In this document: in pieces, positions 22,905 to 35,326 of the stretch
Position numbering within the stretch: position 1 is the stretch's first letter
Layout: each line of letters opens with the position of its first letter
From: Vitrella brassicaformis CCMP3155
Taxonomy: Eukaryota > Protista > Chromerida
Length of the DNA: 46,680 nucleotides
Direction of reading: 5' to 3'
Assembly: GCA_001179505.1 (NCBI GenBank)
Contig: CDMY01000589.1
Span: 1-46,680 of the forward strand
Position numbers and translations under genes: made by a program
The notes under the pieces: generated by a model
Seen by the model: only the letters and a program-made list of their open reading frames with translations
Database searches by the model: none
Told to the model about the DNA's origin: nothing

Positions 22905-23550
22905 TGAGGCAAAGTCGCCACTTGCCAGGAACTGTCCGCCAACGAGCTTGCCCAGCGGCTCAGACGCTACCGAATGAGTACATATGAAGCAGCCTCATGT
23001 GCGCGAAGCTTGCTAGTGGCTTCACGTACATGACAGAGAGAGGCTCGATAGTGTGAGGTCCTTCAACGCGAATTGGAGGAAGGGCTCAATGGTGGTTGCG
23101 GTGGCAGGCAGATACAGGCGCCTGAATGGACATACGGTCAGCTGCGTACACCGTGTAGACACACGGGAGTATGTGACCTACCTGAGAGTGCGTCTATTTG
23201 GGTTGGCCTTGAGGCCAATTGTCGCGGAAATGACCGTGCCCTCAACGATGGGCAGCGACAGCTCGCCAACCAAGCCGAACGACAGATGGAGCCCCGTGCA
23301 CGTGATGGTGCCAAAGAGGCGCTCGAGTACTCTCTGCCGACAAGAGAGATGCCAACAGAAGAGGGTATCAGCAAGGCCTTCTCAGTGTGGCTAGTGCGTT
23401 TCAGACCTGCAGTTGGTCGCATCGATCGGCCTCGTTGTCAGTCTCGGTCAAGACTATATCGACCAGAGTCAGATATTGGAACGATCTGCCACAGAGGCCC
23501 TGCAGGCGATACAGCACATACAATTACAGCCCAGTCTGTCAAACGGATTT

Positions 23551-26500
23551 TCATTCTTCTTTTCGCCGGCCGACCTTGAGCAAGTTCAGATAGGAGTTGA
23601 ACGACATATGACATGAAGCGACTGTCATGCACCTGTACACATGCATCACACGGCCTCAGTGAATGCTCCGTTGTCTCCTTCTCTGTCGTGCAATCACACC
23701 TGAGTGTCGTGAAGGGCCTTTCTTTCTTGTCGTCCCCCGTGTCGATCTCCTGCCCCGCCTCTGTCGTATCCTGACGATCCCCCGCGGGGCCCGCCTCTGT
23801 CGTCTCCTGTCCGTCCTCTTTTGAACCTCCCGGCACGGCAGCCGACGACGTGCTGGGGATGCGGGTGACGTCACGCGATGATGACGGCGGCGGGGACGCA
23901 CTCTCGCTGCTGTTGCTCTCGCCCTTGCCGTCTCCTTCGGGCTGGGCCTTGAGCAGAGCACTCAACACGTCGATGAAGGCACAGCCCAGGCTTCCGCTCT
24001 TCAGGTAGAGGATGGCAAGTGAGGGCAGGCGGCCAATGGCATTGGCGAGCCGGATGCACTCGTCATCGGGCATCTGGCGCAAATCCACATCTGCGAGGCA
24101 CACATACCCTGACAATGAGCGGCAGCGTGCGCGCTCTCTTGCGACCGGCTTACACATGAGTTTGAGTCTGAAGAGCTTGTCAGCCCTATCGAGGAAAGCG
24201 ATAAGGTCGCTGACGTCGTCGGCGGTCGGTGAGCACTCCCAGCGGATCGACAATGTCAACATCATACGGGGGGAATACCTGATGGGAAGGATGAAACCGT
24301 GAACACGAGTGAATCGCTGTCAGCATCCCTTCTTCATCGGCATACCTGGCCAGTGCCGCCGCCAGCCGATTTTGATTGCTCACGGAGATCGATGCATCTG
24401 GCGCCAGCAGCTCGTGATTGACATATGCCGAGATGCGCTCCGTCGCACGGACGGGACACAACCTAAAGGCAGCCAGCACAGAGTCACCATTGAGTGTACG
24501 TCTGTTCATGTCTGTATGCGTGTGAAGGACGGTTTACACGTCTAGCAGACTTCGACACGAGACCGCCAACATAGCGACTTGTGCAGCAGTGAAATACAAT
24601 GGTCCAGAGAAGCTCAATGGCCCACCAAGCTCGTAGATAGTGTGGAGGACTCGCCTGTCCGACAAACACCGCACCATGGGATTCTGATATACACCGAGAA
24701 CACATGTGAGGGGTCTGCCATACATGTTCGCTCTCTCTGTACCCACCTGCTTGTTCTGCTGCCGTGCGGCCTCTCTCTGCGGGTCCTGCTGCGATGAGAC
24801 CCACCGATCGATCGCCACCTGCTTCAAGGAACACACACAGTGGCAAGCAAATGATTAATCGGCCTACGTGAAAGCACGGCAGACCTTGCGACCGTGGAAC
24901 GCCGCGAAGAAGTCCAAAATCTGCAACCATAGGTGCACAGACCTGTGAGCCTGCGTGTTGTTTACACTTCACTCACCTCCTGTAGGAGGCTGTCTTGTGA
25001 CGCCGCCATGAGGGTACCGGATAGGGCAGAGGTGTCCACCTGCAAATGGAGGGCGTCAAACACAGCAGCAGACACATTGATGTGACCGCGGATTCGGTCA
25101 TCGTTTGACCCTACGAACCTGCAGAACACGTTCGACGATCGGGTTGTCTTTACTCTTGCCGCTCATCAGCTGCCGGTCCCAACAGCTGCACAAATGAAGA
25201 GAATTCACTCGAGGCACTCAAAACATGACGGACAGGTGCACCCGGAGGGGCTGTTCAGGACGCTCATCGCGGGGCTGACGAAGTTGTCGTTGTCGCCGCG
25301 AGGGATGGATGCGAGAAATGCAGTGTCTTGTGTCACAGCGCTCGACAGCTGGCATACCATCAGCTCGGCCAGGCCCTCACACGATGCATACTGAGGAAAA
25401 GCGAAGACACTCGCAACGAGGAGACATGGATTCCATTCGATTATTTCCTGACCGTCTGACGATCGACAATGAGGCGGATCAGACCAATGCTCATGGCCAC
25501 TTCGTTGGTGTCCATGATGCTCAGCGTCGCCGATAGGAAGCCCGCGTGCACGAGGCGCTCGCAGTAGCCCGATTCTGACAAAACACATACGCACACGAGA
25601 AGTGAACAAGCAGGATCAGCTATGCACCAATACATACCAGCCATTGCCACTATCACGCTCAGACAGTCCCAGACGATGCAAACCGGCCACTGGGAGGCGG
25701 CGTGATTCTTCAGCGAGGTGGCCGTCTTGCCCAGGGCAAGAGGGCTCGCTGCCACACTACAGCACATGGACGCCAACACACCTGCGCGTCCACACACATA
25801 GTAGTAATGTGACGAATCGACGAGTCTCCTGAGTATCTAGGTGTCCCGCACCTGGGTCAGAGATAAAGCGGCGGGCGTGTGAGAAGATGAGCCCTATCAG
25901 GCCGTATGCCCTCCAAACCGTCGCCTGGTCACTGCTGTTGGCCTGGGTCTCGACGAGCACATCGATGTGGCAGAACAAGTGCTGCCGGAAGGCCCCCAGC
26001 GCCTCAGCAAACCCTGAACGGCCCAAAAAGACACACAGATGCATGGAAGGATAACAGCCATGTTTGCCGCACCACACGATCACCTTGCATTCTCCCGCAG
26101 GAAACCACTTGCACCACTTGCATAGCTGCAATGAAGAGATCGTCCGGTAGTGTCAGCCTCCCCAACACTGTGTCCACCAAGACACCAAACAGCGGCAGCC
26201 ACTCCACACCAAAGGGATACCGAGCCTGACAAAGTTGCCGGAGGAAGCACGTCGCCGCATTCTGATGCTCTATGTCGCTGCTGCTGTCATTGACGAGGCC
26301 GACAATGCAGCCGGCGAGACCACCGAGACCCTGCTGTCGGTGTGCCTCGTCCTTCTTGGCCAGCAAGCCCACCACTTGCTTGACTGATGGATCGTCGTCG
26401 CGCAGGCGGGGCAGCTCCCTGAGTGTCTCCACATGGCTCGCGAAGGGGTCGCTGTCACCAGCCAGAAGAGCATCAGCACCCAGCGAAAGAGCATCAGCAG

Positions 26501-27372
26501 CCAGCGACATGATGGCAGCAGAGCCCGACGTCTGGCCCTTCCGCGTGTTGGCCATGTGCTGCTGGTGGGGTGTGACGGGGGAGGGGGTGGGGGGAGGGAA
26601 TGGACGAGAGGGACCCGCTGGTTGCCGACCTGCTGATGCAGCTGCTGAGGCGAGTGGCGATGGGTCGATGCTGCTGGTGAGGTCGACGACCAGCTGGTAC
26701 TGCTTCTGCATGGATGAGGAAGCACTGGAATGAATAGGTGTAGAGGAGAGCTGATCCTGAAAGCCACAAGCACACACACACACACACATGCAGAGAGAGA
26801 GAGAGAGAGACCACACAAGCATCCTCGCGTGCACTCCTGCCTTGGTGTCTGTCTGTATGTACCGGTGTGGTGTCGACAATGGCATCTGAATCATCTGTAG
26901 GCCCATGGCCGTGCCCCGCCCCTCCCATCAGCGCAGGGCAGCCTCCCTGCTGCTGCACCGCCACGCCGCCGAGGGGGGTGGAAGTGAGCTGCACGGACTG
27001 GGCACGATGGACGGATAACTGCTGGCTTTGGTGCTGAGTCTGATGCCGAGACTCAGCTTTGTCTAAGATATGCGGGCCGCTGTCAGCTTCTTGATGGGGA
27101 GATCCCACTGCTGGTTGGGCAGACGACGCACTGACTGGACGGCCGCCATCGCTGCTCCCAGACGATTCATCGCCGCGCCGCTCACTCCCACCAGATCCCC
27201 CCTCTGCTGACGTGCCCTTCAGAGGCGACTGTTGCTGCTCCTGTGCCTGTGGTTGCTCCTTTTGGTTCTCAGGGATGCCGTCGGGGCTGCTGTCTGCCGA
27301 GCGGCCGCTGGCGGCCAGTCCTTCTGAATCGGCTCCATGGGCACAAGCACTCGATAGGCTATCTACCTGCAT
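23551..27372 (-). CDS. Large multi-exon hypothetical protein: low-complexity N-terminus, helical (ARM/HEAT-like) region, LRR-like C-terminus
   Basis: Protein-like exons at 26100-26700, 25200-25600 and 24550-24700. LRR-like LANAIGRLPSLAILYLKSGSLG (about 23990-24060). Predicted last intron 23633-23699 and stop at 23551-23553; start tentative. Confidence 0.5.
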
Positions 27373-27494
27373 AAGTCAACGCCAAAACAGACACACACGA
27401 CAGACGTACAGGTCCATGGTCCTTGTTTCACACAGCGACGCTTACAGTGAGTCTGTGCGGCCGACAGGTGGAAGATCATCGACATCCCGTCAGA

Positions 27495-30157
27495 ATGCAA
27501 CACCACAGCAGCTGCGGGAAAGGCCATAACGCCCTCGCTCACCTTCCGAGGAAGGCAAGCTCGCAGATCGCCTTCTCCGACGCCAAACCGCCGCCGCTGC
27601 CACTCCCCCTCCCCCGTGCGCAGCAGAACGCAGAGGCTTCGCTGCATCGAGATCTATCGATTCGGGACACCAGCAGTCATCGCCTTGTATCTGCATGCAC
27701 CATAGGATCCACACTCTCATCGGCCGGCAAGGACACGGAAGAGATGCTGCTGAACGTGGGAGGGACGCCCATGACCTTCCCACGTGACCGGCTGCTCCGT
27801 CGAGGTCTGAGGGACACCTGCTTGGCTGTGCTGCTGCATCGCTTCGAGGACTGGATGGTCAAAGACGACATCGGCATTCACTTCATCGACGCAGATCCCA
27901 AGTTCTTCATTCGGTGGGAGCCACGCCGAGATGACAGCTCACATGCGCCACAGCGCACTCATGCGTGGATCCTGCTGTGTTGTGTTTGTGTCAAGGTTGG
28001 CCGCCGGCCTGCGTCAGATGTGGAGCAGCTGGGTGAGCTCAGGACAGATCTGCGGTGCTGACACTGCATTGGCCTTTTACTACGACCGCTTCATGGCCAA
28101 GACGGCCCTCAAGATCGAGCCACAGCCCGGCGACAGTGAGAACAGTGCCTTCCGTGCCTTCATGGCCATCATGGGACCCTTCATCAAGACGTCCTGTGGC
28201 GGGACGGGCGGCATTGAGGTACTCACCATCAACGGACTCGTCGTGTCGACCACCGACGCCACACTGGCGGCATTCACAACACTCAACAAGCGGTTCACCG
28301 AGTGAGCGTTGCGGGCAGCACACCAATAAGGAGTCAGACGAGAGTGTCACCCGTGCCGTTGTTCGTGCAGGTACAGTGGCCCGGTTCTGACCTCTCTCAA
28401 CCACTTCCACAAGTAAGTCGAGATGTGTGTGAGTCCGGGGCAAACAAACATAGGTGCCTGGTTTGCTCTCACAACACACATAGGGTGGTGGACTATGCCC
28501 AGCGCTGTCGCATCGCCCCTGCCGACGCTGTCATCGACTTGCCCGCGTGTGAGGATGGCGACGTTGAGCTGTCGCTCGCGGTTGAGATGTACGGCCTGCT
28601 GGATGACGGCTGTCCTAACATACTCTCTGCCGACACCATGCGCACACTGCTCAGCATGACCGGCAAAATGCACGCGCTATGCCTCTTGAAGTGAGCAATG
28701 GATCGCGGACATGGCAAAAGGGAAATTGGACCACACGGGTATGATGGTTTTTTGTCCGTCAGGAGCTCAATCCACGGCTGTGATTTCGAGACGTTGCTTG
28801 CGCGAGCGGCCGGTGCGTATGGCCTGCTGTTCGTCATCGAGGATGAGCACCACCACACGCTCGCGTGCCACATGGACGGGCCTTTCATCCCCCCCGCTGA
28901 CCCCACATCTGAGCTGCTGACCGGCTGCCCCGTCACCTTCTTCTCCATCAGTGGCGCATTCCTGGAGGGCATCACCAAAATCAACATACCGCACAATTGG
29001 CAGTGTGTGGACGTCGCCGGCACGGAGGGGGCGGCAAAGACCGACAAGGGTGCGTCATGTGCCAAGGTCGCCATCGGTGGCGGCCGTCTGTGGCTGGGTC
29101 ACAAGGATGGCCGGCCGAGTAACGACCTTCGGCACTGCCAGCAGTGGCTGCGGAGGGATGATCTGCCCGACGGCGGCGAGACGTACATGGGCAGCTACAA
29201 CGAGGTGGGATCGGCCACACTAGCTGCCACCTATTACTTCACCGCCACGCGACTGGAAGTGTACCAGGTCAGCCACACATGGCCATGAAGCGTCGAATCC
29301 ATGGGGACCTCATGACTCTCCATTGTGTTGCTGATGTGATGTGGGTCAGGTGTGGAGCACTCGTCCGGCTGACCCCATCCTCTCTGCTGACGACCTCCAG
29401 GCCCTCATCGACATGGCGACCGACACACCGATGACTTCACAGCTCCTCTACAAGTGAGTGAATTGCCAAAGGAGGGGCCATGCCTGATGCTCAAGCGCAC
29501 TCCCGCTCTCCTGCCTCTTTGTGTGTGTCAGGGGTGAGCGTGACGGTTGGACCTATGAGGCCCTCTTCGCCAAGGTGGGCGGTGCGGTCGATCTGCTGCT
29601 GCTCTTCAAGGACACCGGCGCCCACACCTTCGCCAGCCACATCAAGGGGCAGCTCAAGCCGCCAGACGACCCCACGGCAGTCGAGACGACACCCTGTTCC
29701 GTCACCTTCTACTCCATCAGTGGCGCATTTGAGCCACAGGGCATCACCAAGATCACCGTGCCCGACAACCAGCAGCGTGTGGTGGTCGCCGGTGCAGAGC
29801 GGTTGGTGAAGGGGACGAAAGACATGGCCGGCAAGGTGGCCATCGCTGGCGGCCGCCTGTGGTTGGGGTACCGGTTCGGGGAGGGTGGTCCGGCTGGCGA
29901 CCTTCGCAGCGGCTGTCAGCTTGTGCTGAAGGCTGAGCTGCCCGACGGCGGCAGGACATATCTCGGCGGCTTCGACAGTCATGGATACGCCACGTTGGCT
30001 GCCAGTTATGTGTTCACGTATGCCAATCTGGAGATTTATGCACTGCGGGTCAGACACGGACTGGACTGGAGAGGAGAGGGGAGGGGACACAGCACGGCAC
30101 ATATCGCGTTTCGCTTCTGTTCAGGCGTTGGACGGGCCGGCCCGCCCAACGCCGTAA
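27495..30157 (+). CDS. BTB + BTB-like + two TLDc-like domains, copy B (inverted paralog of 1546-3984)
   Basis: LLNVGG...FIDADPKFF; TINGLVVSTTDATL...VVDYAQRCR; TLDc-like exons 28760-29267 and 29350-30048; predicted last exon 30125-30157. Same exon layout as copy A. Confidence 0.75.
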
Positions 30158-30395
30158 CAGATGCTGGTCTTTTATCGATCTTCGTGATTGTACAGACTAT
30201 CTTCATACAGTCTCATGTATTTGTCTAGCTACATACCTGCATAGCTTCCCTGTGGTTGCAAGCCGATCTATCCACATTAGGAAAGTGATGATGTGCCGGT
30301 GCGTGTTTCCTAATCGATCGATGTGTTATGGATGGATGGATTCATGGATGGATGAATTGGAGCCAGTCAATCTGTCAGTTCATGTGTTCTGTCGC

Positions 30396-31245
30396 TCAGC
30401 GACTGTAAACGCCGTAGTCGATGGCATACTCTGAAGGAACAGACAGACATGTAGACACAAACTTCCTAGACTGAGTTGCTGAGACTTGCCTGGGAAGATG
30501 TATTCTCGGGTAAACTGGCCTGGCTGCGGCTTTGAGTCCACTCTTGCCTCAATCTCGTTGCGCTACACAAACATACGCACCCACACATCCATCCATTCAT
30601 CCATCTGTCCGTCCATCCCTGTTGAAAGTGTGATCGTACCTGTGGGTCAAATTTGATCTTTTCGACGCTGTATGAGCCGTTACGAAAGTACGGTGTCCTG
30701 AAACACACACGCGCACAGACACACGCACACATTGACCATCCAACAACCGTGTCTCGGTGCGCGTGCATGCCTTCCCGCTCTCTTGAGAATGGATTGGTAG
30801 AGGTTGAGGCCGTTCTGTGCAGTTTTGTCCGAGAGCTCGTCCAGCTTTCTCATGTTCTTGTCAGTGCTCTTCAACCTGCACCAAATGAGCACGGGACACG
30901 CACACAGATGGACATGGCTCTCACGTACAGGTCGGCCATGATCTCGTCGTTGCCCTTCTCCTTCTGTCTGAGGTCGGTCAAGCGTCTCGCCTCGGCAGAG
31001 CGCTCATTCGCCAGCTGAACGTCAGACAAACTGCATGCGCACAAGAGAGAGACATGAACAATGAGACACAAGAGAGTCTGTCATTTGCCTGACGTGTCGT
31101 GCGGTGAGCTCTCCTCCATGTGAATGTTCACAACGCTGTATGGCGGCGGGTTGATGTTGCCAATCCCTCCGCTGGGAGGGAAGAGAGGCGACACGACCGA
31201 CACCCACGCGCAGACCAACAGCAGAGACAGCACACGGCACACCAT
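30396..31245 (-). CDS. Small secreted protein C (signal peptide, PPPY-x-V-x-N-x-HMEE motif, coiled coil); not captured as one ORF in the track
   Basis: ATG at 31245: MVCRVLSLLLVCAWVSVVSPLFPPSGGIGNINPPPYSVVNIHMEESSPHDT|LSDVQLANERSAEARRLTDLRQKEK... The model needs two GC-AG introns (30698-30770, 30431-30489). Confidence 0.62.
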
Positions 31246-31480
31246 CTTGACTGATCGGTTGACGGCTTGAAGGAGGGTGAGATATCGATGTCCCCTTGCT
31301 GTCTGCCTCTGTTTGTCTCAACGAGGCCTCTGTTTGTCTCAGTGTGTGTATGTGTGTATGTATTCATTTTGTACACATGCGCATCGCATGTGTGTTAATT
31401 GTCAGTCTGTTTGCCCCGATCGACAGCATCGCCCTTTGAGTCGCTGTCTCTCTGCTCGCATCGCCACTGACAGGACAGCC

Positions 31481-32628
31481 ATGGTGTGCCGCTTCGTCAC
31501 TCTCCTGGCCCTCGTGCTGTGTGCGTCCTCCACCCACGCAATCGACACCGACACCCTCCTCTCACACACGGCCAGCAAGGCACGCGCCAAGACAGAGAAG
31601 ACAAGGGCCGCCATCGATGAGCAGCTCGCCACGATGCCCGACCCCGTCCCCACCGCCATGCGCGCCGACGTGTCAGTGAAGGAGAGTGCGGCAACGGGGC
31701 AATCGTCCGTCGTGCACAATGATGATGATGAGACACAGATGCCGCCGTCCATGAGATTCATGCAAACACAGAGCAAGGTATGGGAGTGGACGTCTCACGT
31801 GCCCTCACATTTTCTCGCTGAACGTCTCTGTGTGTGTGTGTCTCTTGTTTTGTTTTGTTGGTTGTGCAGCTGCGTTCTCGGAGCAAGATCATCGGCGACG
31901 AAGTGAGTCTGCAATTGAGACATGCAATAGACCAATGCAGTCTGCTCTCATGTGATCTGATGCACAATGCAGGCTCCACCACCGTACCCAGTCATCGTGA
32001 GACAGACAGACAGACAGACAGACAGGAGGAACAGACACATTCATGTGAATGTCTGAATGAGTGCAGAATGTGCACATGGAGGAGCCGGCGGCTGACAGCC
32101 ACGTGGAGACACAAGTGCTGGAGGAAAGACGTGCTGAGAGATTGCGACTCGCTGAACTGGAAAGACAGGTCAGACCAACACACCTATCATGTGTATGCGT
32201 CTCTCATGTGTGTGTCTCTATGTGTGTGCAGGAAGAGGCTGACAAGGAGAGCTTTCAGAACATGCTGTCGATGCAGAACATGCAGGTCGTCCCACACAAT
32301 ATGCCATCCAAAATCATGTGAATGTGTGTGTCTCTCTTGGTTGGCCTCATCAGTTGCAGCGTCTGTCCGATCTGTCAGCATCTTTGGGCGAGGTGGGCCG
32401 CCAAGTGGTGCAGAGCAACAGAATCCGCGCCAAACAAGACCAGAAGGCAGGATCGAAAGTTCAAATCATACAGTACGAGAACCAGCCGCAGGAGAACCAC
32501 ATCGACATCAGGTGCGCATACCCAAAGAACCGACACATGCCTGACAGACACGCGCCTCCCTCACACAAATGTGTGTGATGTCCTCTGCCAGACAACTGAA
32601 GGGCCTTCGGGCACTCCTCAGCCGATGA
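31481..32628 (+). CDS. Small secreted protein D, paralog of C
   Basis: MVCRFVTLLALVLCASSTHA signal peptide; phase-0 micro-exons LRSRSKIIGDE|APPPYPVI|NVHMEEPAADSHVETQVLEERRAERLRLAELERQ|... Stop TGA at 32626-32628. Confidence 0.72.
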
Positions 32629-33025
32629 TGAGAAGACGGACAAACGAAGAGTGAGAGACGTGGATGAGTGCATGCGCGAACGTCGCTGAATAAATGAACG
32701 AATCTTCGCCGTGTTCGTGGGCGACGCAGCTCATTCATTCACTGCACTGCAAACGTGTCCACACAGAACGCACAAGCTCAATTACAGGGATACAACACAC
32801 AACTCAATTAGAGAAGCGTCACACGCAAAAAGACAGAGAGCACCGTGCATGGTACATACATCGATCCGACGCACACACTCAAAAACAACTCGAGAAGACA
32901 GACACCTGCCGTGCAGCGCTCGCCTGTCTCAACCCTACTATATGTACACGCCTGCCTGTCTGTCTGTCAGCTGGACTGGTAGGCCGGCCACACCACATAC
33001 CACACCACAACACAACACACACACA

Positions 33026-35037
33026 CTAGTCTGTGTGGGATCCCCTCTTCGGCGTGTCGCCCTCGAATTGGTTGCAGCTCATGAGGTAGCGGAGCAGGTC
33101 GATCCGAGTGACAACGCCCACGACCACCTGCCGCATCCTGTACTCCTCCGCCCCGCCCACGAAGCACTTCTGCTCCGCCACCACGAGCACAAAGGGGTGC
33201 AGGTCGAGCGTCTTGGACAAGAAGTCCAGCGGACAATCCAGCCCCACTCGCTTGAACTTCTTGTACATGCACTTGCCTGCACACAGTAATGCAATGCACG
33301 CAGGCAGTATTTGTGTGGACGAGTGTGTGTTCCCCCTCATTTCGACTCACCGATGGGGTCCTTTCCCTTGAGCCGTCCTGACGATAAATATGAGCTGAGG
33401 TTGCCCTCGGTGATGACGCCCACCACCTGCCCGCCCGTCTCGCCCTCGTCGCTCACCACCGGCACCTGGTCGATTCCCTCCTTGTCCAGCAGCTTGATCA
33501 CGTCAGAACAAGTCGCCGACGGGCTGACCGTCACTGGTGCCCGCAGAGAGAGGGCGGCGACTGTCGTCTTGCCCCACTCTGGCTCTTCAGCGGAGCCCCG
33601 CTCGGTCGGCCGCTCCATGAAGCCGTTGTCCCACATCCAGTCGTCGCTCAGGAACTTGCTCATGTAATTCCTGCGGCAGGGAGCAATACATGCACTGCAC
33701 GGCTACTTTCTTTCGTCCTTGTGTCGTGCATACCGGCTGGAGTCGGGCAGCACCACGACGCACCGCTGGTCTTTCTTGAGTTGTCTGGCGGCCTTGAGCA
33801 CTCCGGCAACTGCGGCGCCCGATGAGCCGCCGATGAGCAGGCCCTCGGTGCGTATGAGGTCCCTGGCCAGCTCGAAGGACTCCTTGTCCTCCGTCTTGAC
33901 CCAGAAGTCCACCACACTGCGGTCAAGGGCCGTGGGGATGAAGTCATAGCCGATGCCCTCCACAAAGTACACCTGAACGAGCGAATGAACGAACCATAGG
34001 AAGACATATCCACATCCTTGCTGGTGAAGGGTGCCTTCTGCTGCTGCTGCTGCTCCTGACCTGGTTCCTGCCAGGGTCGTTGAGTGAGTCGGGCTGTGCG
34101 AGGATGGATCCCCGCGGGTCGACGCCCACGACGACACAGTTGGGGTTCTTCTCCTTGAGCTTCCGACCGATGCCCGTCACCGTGCCCCCGGTGCCGGCGC
34201 TGATCACAGCCATGTCCACCTTGCCATCGCACTGATCCCAGATCTCCTGACCCGTGCCCTCATAGTGCGCCAGCGGGTTGGCGGGGTTCTTGTACTGGTC
34301 CAGGATGTGGGAGTTCTCGAGCTGCGCGTTGACCTTGAGGGCCAGGCCGATGTGCGACTCGGGAGAGTTCCACGCCGCCTCGGTGGGCGTGCGCAGGATC
34401 TCGGCACCCAGCGCCTTCATCATGTTGACCTTCTCCTGACTCATCTTCTCGGGCAAGGTTATCAGCATCCGATAACTGACACGCACACACGCACACAATC
34501 ATGGCAGGCATTTCCAGCACCCCCCTCATCCATCCATCCATGCATTGCTCACCCTTTGATTGCAGCGGTGAGTGCGAGTCCGATGCCCGTGTTGCCCGAG
34601 GTCGGCTCGATGAGTGTGTCGCCCTGCTTCAGGAAGCCGTCCTTCTCGGCCTCCTGCACCATCCGCAGCCCGATGCGGTCCTTGACCGACCCGCCCGCAT
34701 TGAAGTACTCGCACTTGGCCACCAGGTCACACTCGAGGTCATACTTCTTGGCAAACCGTGACAGCCGGACCATCGGCGTGCGGCCTGCAGTGCACACACC
34801 ACACACACACACACATCATAAACGGAGCAGCCCTGCCCTTGTGTGCAGAAGATCTGTTCGCTCACCGATGCATCCGAGGATGCTGTCTTTGATCTTCTGC
34901 TCGGGGCATGGCGGGATGGAGTGGTGCGGACACGGCTCCGTGCAGTTGGGCGTCCACGTGCACTTCTCACACCCATGGTACGAAGGGAAGGTGATCTCAG
35001 CCGTGCCGGACTGGCGCAGCTCCGGTTGACCCGACAT
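33026..35037 (-). CDS. CBS: Cystathionine beta-synthase, heme-binding type with C-terminal CBS (Bateman) domains
   Basis: [16 protein letters not shown] (PLP lysine), [32 protein letters not shown]; N-terminal CTW...PHH heme motif; C-terminal IDQVPVV and GVVTRIDLL. Confidence 0.95.
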
Positions 35038-35326
35038 CTCTCTGCCTCTCCTGCTGCCTGAACGTCTGCCTGACGCCTTCCGAGGCTTCCAAACTCACTT
35101 TCTAATGCGCGCTTAGCTCGCAGAACCGGCGTTTCCCCGGAGAGAAAAAGAAGTGTGAAGCTACCACGAGTATTGCCGTCGAGTGGACAGACAGGCGCAC
35201 GGCTTGATCTTTATCCATCTCATCTCATCATCTTGCCTACCATTCGTCGTCGGAACGGAGATCCAGGAGAGCATCCTCATCCCTGACCTGGCCTGTGTGT
35301 GCGCAGGCGGCAGCAGTAGTGTCAGG

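Noticed and set aside
29268-29349. TGA after HTWP (and its twin at 2389) as a premature stop or readthrough between TLDc domains
   Set aside because: The stop lies inside a canonical 82-nt GT-AG intron whose removal fuses the domains in frame.
34265-35029. Long plus-strand ORF (254 aa); similar ORFs at 14688-15461, 14080-15498, 1580-2272, 5026-5775 and 29491-30102
   Set aside because: These are antisense or alternate-frame shadows of GC-rich real genes (CBS, CDK, TLDc, VHPO) and show no independent motifs.
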